A DNA stretch of 64,000 nucleotides, from positions 416,001 to 480,000 of the forward strand of contig CAVSHF010000003.1 in NCBI GenBank assembly GCA_963727805.1, in the 5' to 3' direction. Every line of letters begins with the position of its first letter. Within the stretch, counting starts at the first letter, position 1. Positions 61,080 to 64,000 of the stretch are shown here, piece after piece. The stretch comes from an uncultured Nitrospiraceae bacterium (GTDB taxonomy: Bacteria; Nitrospirota; Thermodesulfovibrionia; Thermodesulfovibrionales; Dissulfurispiraceae). The notes beneath the pieces were generated by a model, which saw only the letters and a program-made list of their open reading frames with translations, had not been told where the DNA came from and did not search any database. The position numbers and the translations under genes were made by a program.

Positions 61080-62282
61080 ATGTATGAAGTATGGGGTACA
61101 GCTGCACTCTGGTTAGGTCTTGCCCTTCTTGCAACACTCTTATCGATCTGGCTTCGCATTGCAACGGCATTGTCCGAAATCATTGTTGGAACGGTCGCTC
61201 AGCTTCTTATCGGGGCTCTGATAGGAACTACGCTCGGCTCTGATCAGCCGTGGATCAAGTTTCTCTCTGGTACTGGAGCCATTGTTCTTACCTTCCTGGC
61301 CGGCTCAGAACTAGATCCCGTAATTTTTCGTGCCAAGTGGAAAGAGGCAACCGCTATCGGCTTTATCTCTTTCCTGGCGCCCTTTCTCGGTTGCACGGCA
61401 GCAGCGTTCTACGTGCTTGATTGGACCGTTCGCTCAAGCTGGCTGGCAGGAGTTGCACTGTCAACAACATCGGTGGCTGTGGTGTATGCGGTCATGCTTG
61501 AGCTTGGACTGAACAAAACAGAGTTTGGCAAGACAATTCTTGCCGCCTGTTTTGTGACCGACCTCGGTACTGTTGTTGCTCTCGGTCTCATCTTTGCCCC
61601 GTTTACTATAAAAACTGTAATATTCATAGTGGTAAGCGTTTTTGTTTTCACGCTATTACCCTATGTTACGCCGCGATTCTTTAAGAAATACGGGAACAGG
61701 CCCTCTGAACTCGAAGCGAAATATCTTCTCCTGATCTTGTTCGGTATGGGTTCCCTGGCTGCCTGGTCCGAAAGCGAAGCCGTGTTACCGGCCTATATCA
61801 TAGGCATGGTTCTGGCCGGAACTGTCGGGAGGGATCACATCCTGGTCCGTCGTTTGAGGACCCTCACCTTCGGCCTGCTGACGCCTTTCTATTTTATTAG
61901 GGCCGGCTCATACGTCTCCATTTCCGCTGTTATCATGGCGCCATTTGCGCTATTCGTACTTTTTGGTTCCAAGATGATTACCAAGATCCTCGGCATATAC
62001 CCTGTAACCAAAGGCTATAAATATGCCCAGAAAGAGGGGATTTATACAACGCTTCTCATGTCCACGGGTTTAACATTCGGATCTATATCGGCTTTGTTTG
62101 GACTTACTCATGGTATCATTGATCAGCGGCAATACTCCCTGTTAATCGTGGCTGTCATTGCGAGCGCAGTTGTTCCTACCATAATTGCGAATGCTTTTTT
62201 TATTCCCAAGTATTTGTTGTCTACAAGGGACGATGCTGCCAACAAGATAAAATCAGAGGGAGCGTCACGGGATGACCATTAA
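61080..62282 (+). CDS. Cation:proton antiporter (Na+/H+ exchanger family)
   Basis: Many TM segments; STTSVAVV, CFVTDLG, TPFYF. Confidence 0.9.
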   Translation: MYEVWGTAALWLGLALLATLLSIWLRIATALSEIIVGTVAQLLIGALIGTTLGSDQPWIKFLSGTGAIVLTFLAGSELDPVIFRAKWKEATAIGFISFLAPFLGCTAAAFYVLDWTVRSSWLAGVALSTTSVAVVYAVMLELGLNKTEFGKTILAACFVTDLGTVVALGLIFAPFTIKTVIFIVVSVFVFTLLPYVTPRFFKKYGNRPSELEAKYLLLILFGMGSLAAWSESEAVLPAYIIGMVLAGTVGRDHILVRRLRTLTFGLLTPFYFIRAGSYVSISAVIMAPFALFVLFGSKMITKILGIYPVTKGYKYAQKEGIYTTLLMSTGLTFGSISALFGLTHGIIDQRQYSLLIVAVIASAVVPTIIANAFFIPKYLLSTRDDAANKIKSEGASRDDH

Positions 62283-62300
62283 GAAGAGGAGGATACCACA

Positions 62301-62723
62301 GTGAAGAAAATACTCATTGCTTTTGACGGATCAGAGCAGTCGTATCAGGCATTTGACTTTGCGCTCGACATGGCAAAAATGTGTCCCGGCGCCGCGATCA
62401 ATATCTTCGTACTGTCGGTTTTGCAACCGCCAGAGCTCATCGAACTCGTTGAAATGGATGCTCTCATCGAAAATGCTACTGAACATTATGAAGAGCTTTT
62501 TAAAGTCCTTCGGGAACGGGCAAAAAAGCGCGATATCGACATCAACACTGAAATCGCGATCGGCCATCCAGCGGACCAGATCGTCCGGTATGCCACCGAA
62601 CATGGATGTGATATGATTATAGTCGGTCAGCGTGGAAAATCCAAGATCGAGAGCTGGTTGCTCGGATCGGTCTCAAAGCGAGTTGCAACCCACTCGCTTT
62701 GCACTGTTATCATTGTTAAGTGA
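62301..62723 (+). CDS. Universal stress protein
   Basis: ILIAFDGS, GHPADQI, GQRG..LGSVS. Confidence 0.93.
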   Translation: MKKILIAFDGSEQSYQAFDFALDMAKMCPGAAINIFVLSVLQPPELIELVEMDALIENATEHYEELFKVLRERAKKRDIDINTEIAIGHPADQIVRYATEHGCDMIIVGQRGKSKIESWLLGSVSKRVATHSLCTVIIVK

Positions 62724-62727
62724 TCGC

Positions 62728-63111
62728 ATGGAGATGGTTCGAAACGGGCTTATTGTCGGCATCGGAGGATTTATTGGCGCTATTGTCCGATATGCGCTCG
62801 CAATGTGGATTGGCCAGACATGGGGACGGTCTTTTCCCCTCGGGACCTTTGTGATTAATGTAAGCGGCAGTTTTCTGATCGGTTTGCTCATGACATTGTT
62901 TGCCGAACGATATACAGTTGATCCTGCGTGGCGTCTTCTTTTCGTTGTCGGATTTCTTGGCGCGTATACTACCTTCTCGACGTTTGAATATGAGACTGGT
63001 AAACTCATAAAAGACAGTGAATGGCTTTTTGCGGCAATGAATGTCATTTTAAGTGTAGTTCTGGGTTTTGTAGCACTAAAATTCGGCGAAGTGCTTGCCA
63101 AAATCATATAG
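62728..63111 (+). CDS. crcB: Fluoride efflux channel CrcB/Fluc
   Basis: GGFIGAIVRY, GTFVINVSG, GFLGAYTTFSTF. Confidence 0.96.
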   Translation: MEMVRNGLIVGIGGFIGAIVRYALAMWIGQTWGRSFPLGTFVINVSGSFLIGLLMTLFAERYTVDPAWRLLFVVGFLGAYTTFSTFEYETGKLIKDSEWLFAAMNVILSVVLGFVALKFGEVLAKII

Positions 63112-63122
63112 GAGAGAAAGCC

Positions 63123-63461
63123 ATGGTGAAGACAGGTCCTGCAAAAAAACTGACTATCTATGTCGATGAGGTCGACAAGATTGGGGGGAAGCCTGTTTAT
63201 GAGGTGTTGCTGGATATATTCTTTAAAAAGAAGATAGCCGGCGTCAGCGTCTTTAGGGGCGTTGCAGGGTATGGGAGCGACGGGGTTTTCCACACTTCAA
63301 AGCTGCTCGAACTTTCAACCTCACTACCCGTCAAACTTGAGGTAGTCGATTCATCAGTGAATATCGATGGGATTATACCTCATGTTTTAGATATCGTTGA
63401 AAAGGGACTCATCGAAGTGAGCGACACCTATGTCGTTAAATGCTGCGAGAAGAAACCGTAA
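63123..63461 (+). CDS. DUF190 (PII-like) protein
   Basis: AGVSVFRGVAGYG, LELSTSLPV..EVVD; follows crcB. Confidence 0.9.
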   Translation: MVKTGPAKKLTIYVDEVDKIGGKPVYEVLLDIFFKKKIAGVSVFRGVAGYGSDGVFHTSKLLELSTSLPVKLEVVDSSVNIDGIIPHVLDIVEKGLIEVSDTYVVKCCEKKP

Positions 63462-63522
63462 CGTTTACGCTAAGGTGATATGAATTTCGAAAAAGGTGCT
63501 GGCCGTAGGAAAGGATGCATAT

Positions 63523-64000
63523 ATGTCGAGAATCAGATTTGAGAGCAGTCAGTCAAAAGTAATCCTTCTGAATCCTTTTAATGGTTTTGTTGAAGAAACT
63601 CATACTGTAGAAGTGCGAAAGGACCCCCTGCTGGGCGGCAACAGTGTCTATAACCCGAGGCTGAAAGATAAAGTCAAATTTTTTTTTGGTGACTGCGATG
63701 CCGGGCTGATAAATGAATTGGTAGACGATAGCACAAAGACATGCATCTTCTGCGGTGAGAAGCTTGAGAGGAATACCCCCAGATATCCGCGAAGTCTCGT
63801 TTCTGAGGGGCGTATCAGAATCGGCGAGGCTGTACTGTTTCCAAACCTCTTTCCGGTAGGCAAGTACCATTCCGTTATCACCCTGAGCAAGGCTCATTTC
63901 CTCAAACTTCCCGAATTCTCGTCTGAACTTATAGGTGACGGGTTTAGGGCAGCTCAACGCTTCGTTAAGACTGTCTACAACCGCGATCAGGAGGCATCGT
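63523..64000 (+). CDS. GalT-like (HIT superfamily) protein, truncated by the window end
   Basis: Open frame MSRIRFE..EVRKDPL..CIFC..FPNLFP to the window edge; SD-like GGAAAGGA. Confidence 0.65.
   Translation, partial: MSRIRFESSQSKVILLNPFNGFVEETHTVEVRKDPLLGGNSVYNPRLKDKVKFFFGDCDAGLINELVDDSTKTCIFCGEKLERNTPRYPRSLVSEGRIRIGEAVLFPNLFPVGKYHSVITLSKAHFLKLPEFSSELIGDGFRAAQRFVKTVYNRDQEAS

Noticed and set aside
63553..63957. 134-aa minus-strand ORF
   Set aside because: Antisense shadow of the plus-strand GalT-like gene that runs off the window

Overview
This 64-kb window is mostly housekeeping chromosome of an anaerobic Gram-negative bacterium. The gene content and order are compatible with Thermodesulfovibrionia-type Nitrospirota or Desulfobacterota, which is inference only. 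Core blocks are pgpA-thpR-recA-recX-alaS, cydAB-rrf2, hpt-queD-pmbA-acyl-CoA dehydrogenase, addAB-like genes, yceD-rpmF-plsX-fabH, a PyrR-attenuated pyrR-pyrB-pyrC-carA-carB operon followed by a PFK, tatBC-ychF, prmA, and a fluoride-riboswitch operon (antiporter-USP-crcB-DUF190). I saw no tRNA, rRNA, CRISPR array, transposase or integrase. Four features stand out. (1) A membrane-arm-less redox cluster at 22.3-30.2 kb: small ORF, nuoD, nuoI, an unknown membrane-anchored protein, a receiver-domain/NuoE fusion, a HydB-type NuoF with the electron-bifurcation fingerprint, and a non-catalytic FdhA/NuoG-like subunit. This is my best candidate for an undescribed system. (2) A decayed, orphan hgcB-like (mercury methylation ferredoxin) pseudogene that the ORF track only partly shows. 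(3) A 1423-aa secreted collagen-like protein built from eight near-identical 393-bp units. (4) An FmdE/zinc-finger/ModE-wHTH fusion in a Mo/W gene cluster. All assignments come from motif recognition by eye; no database searches were run.
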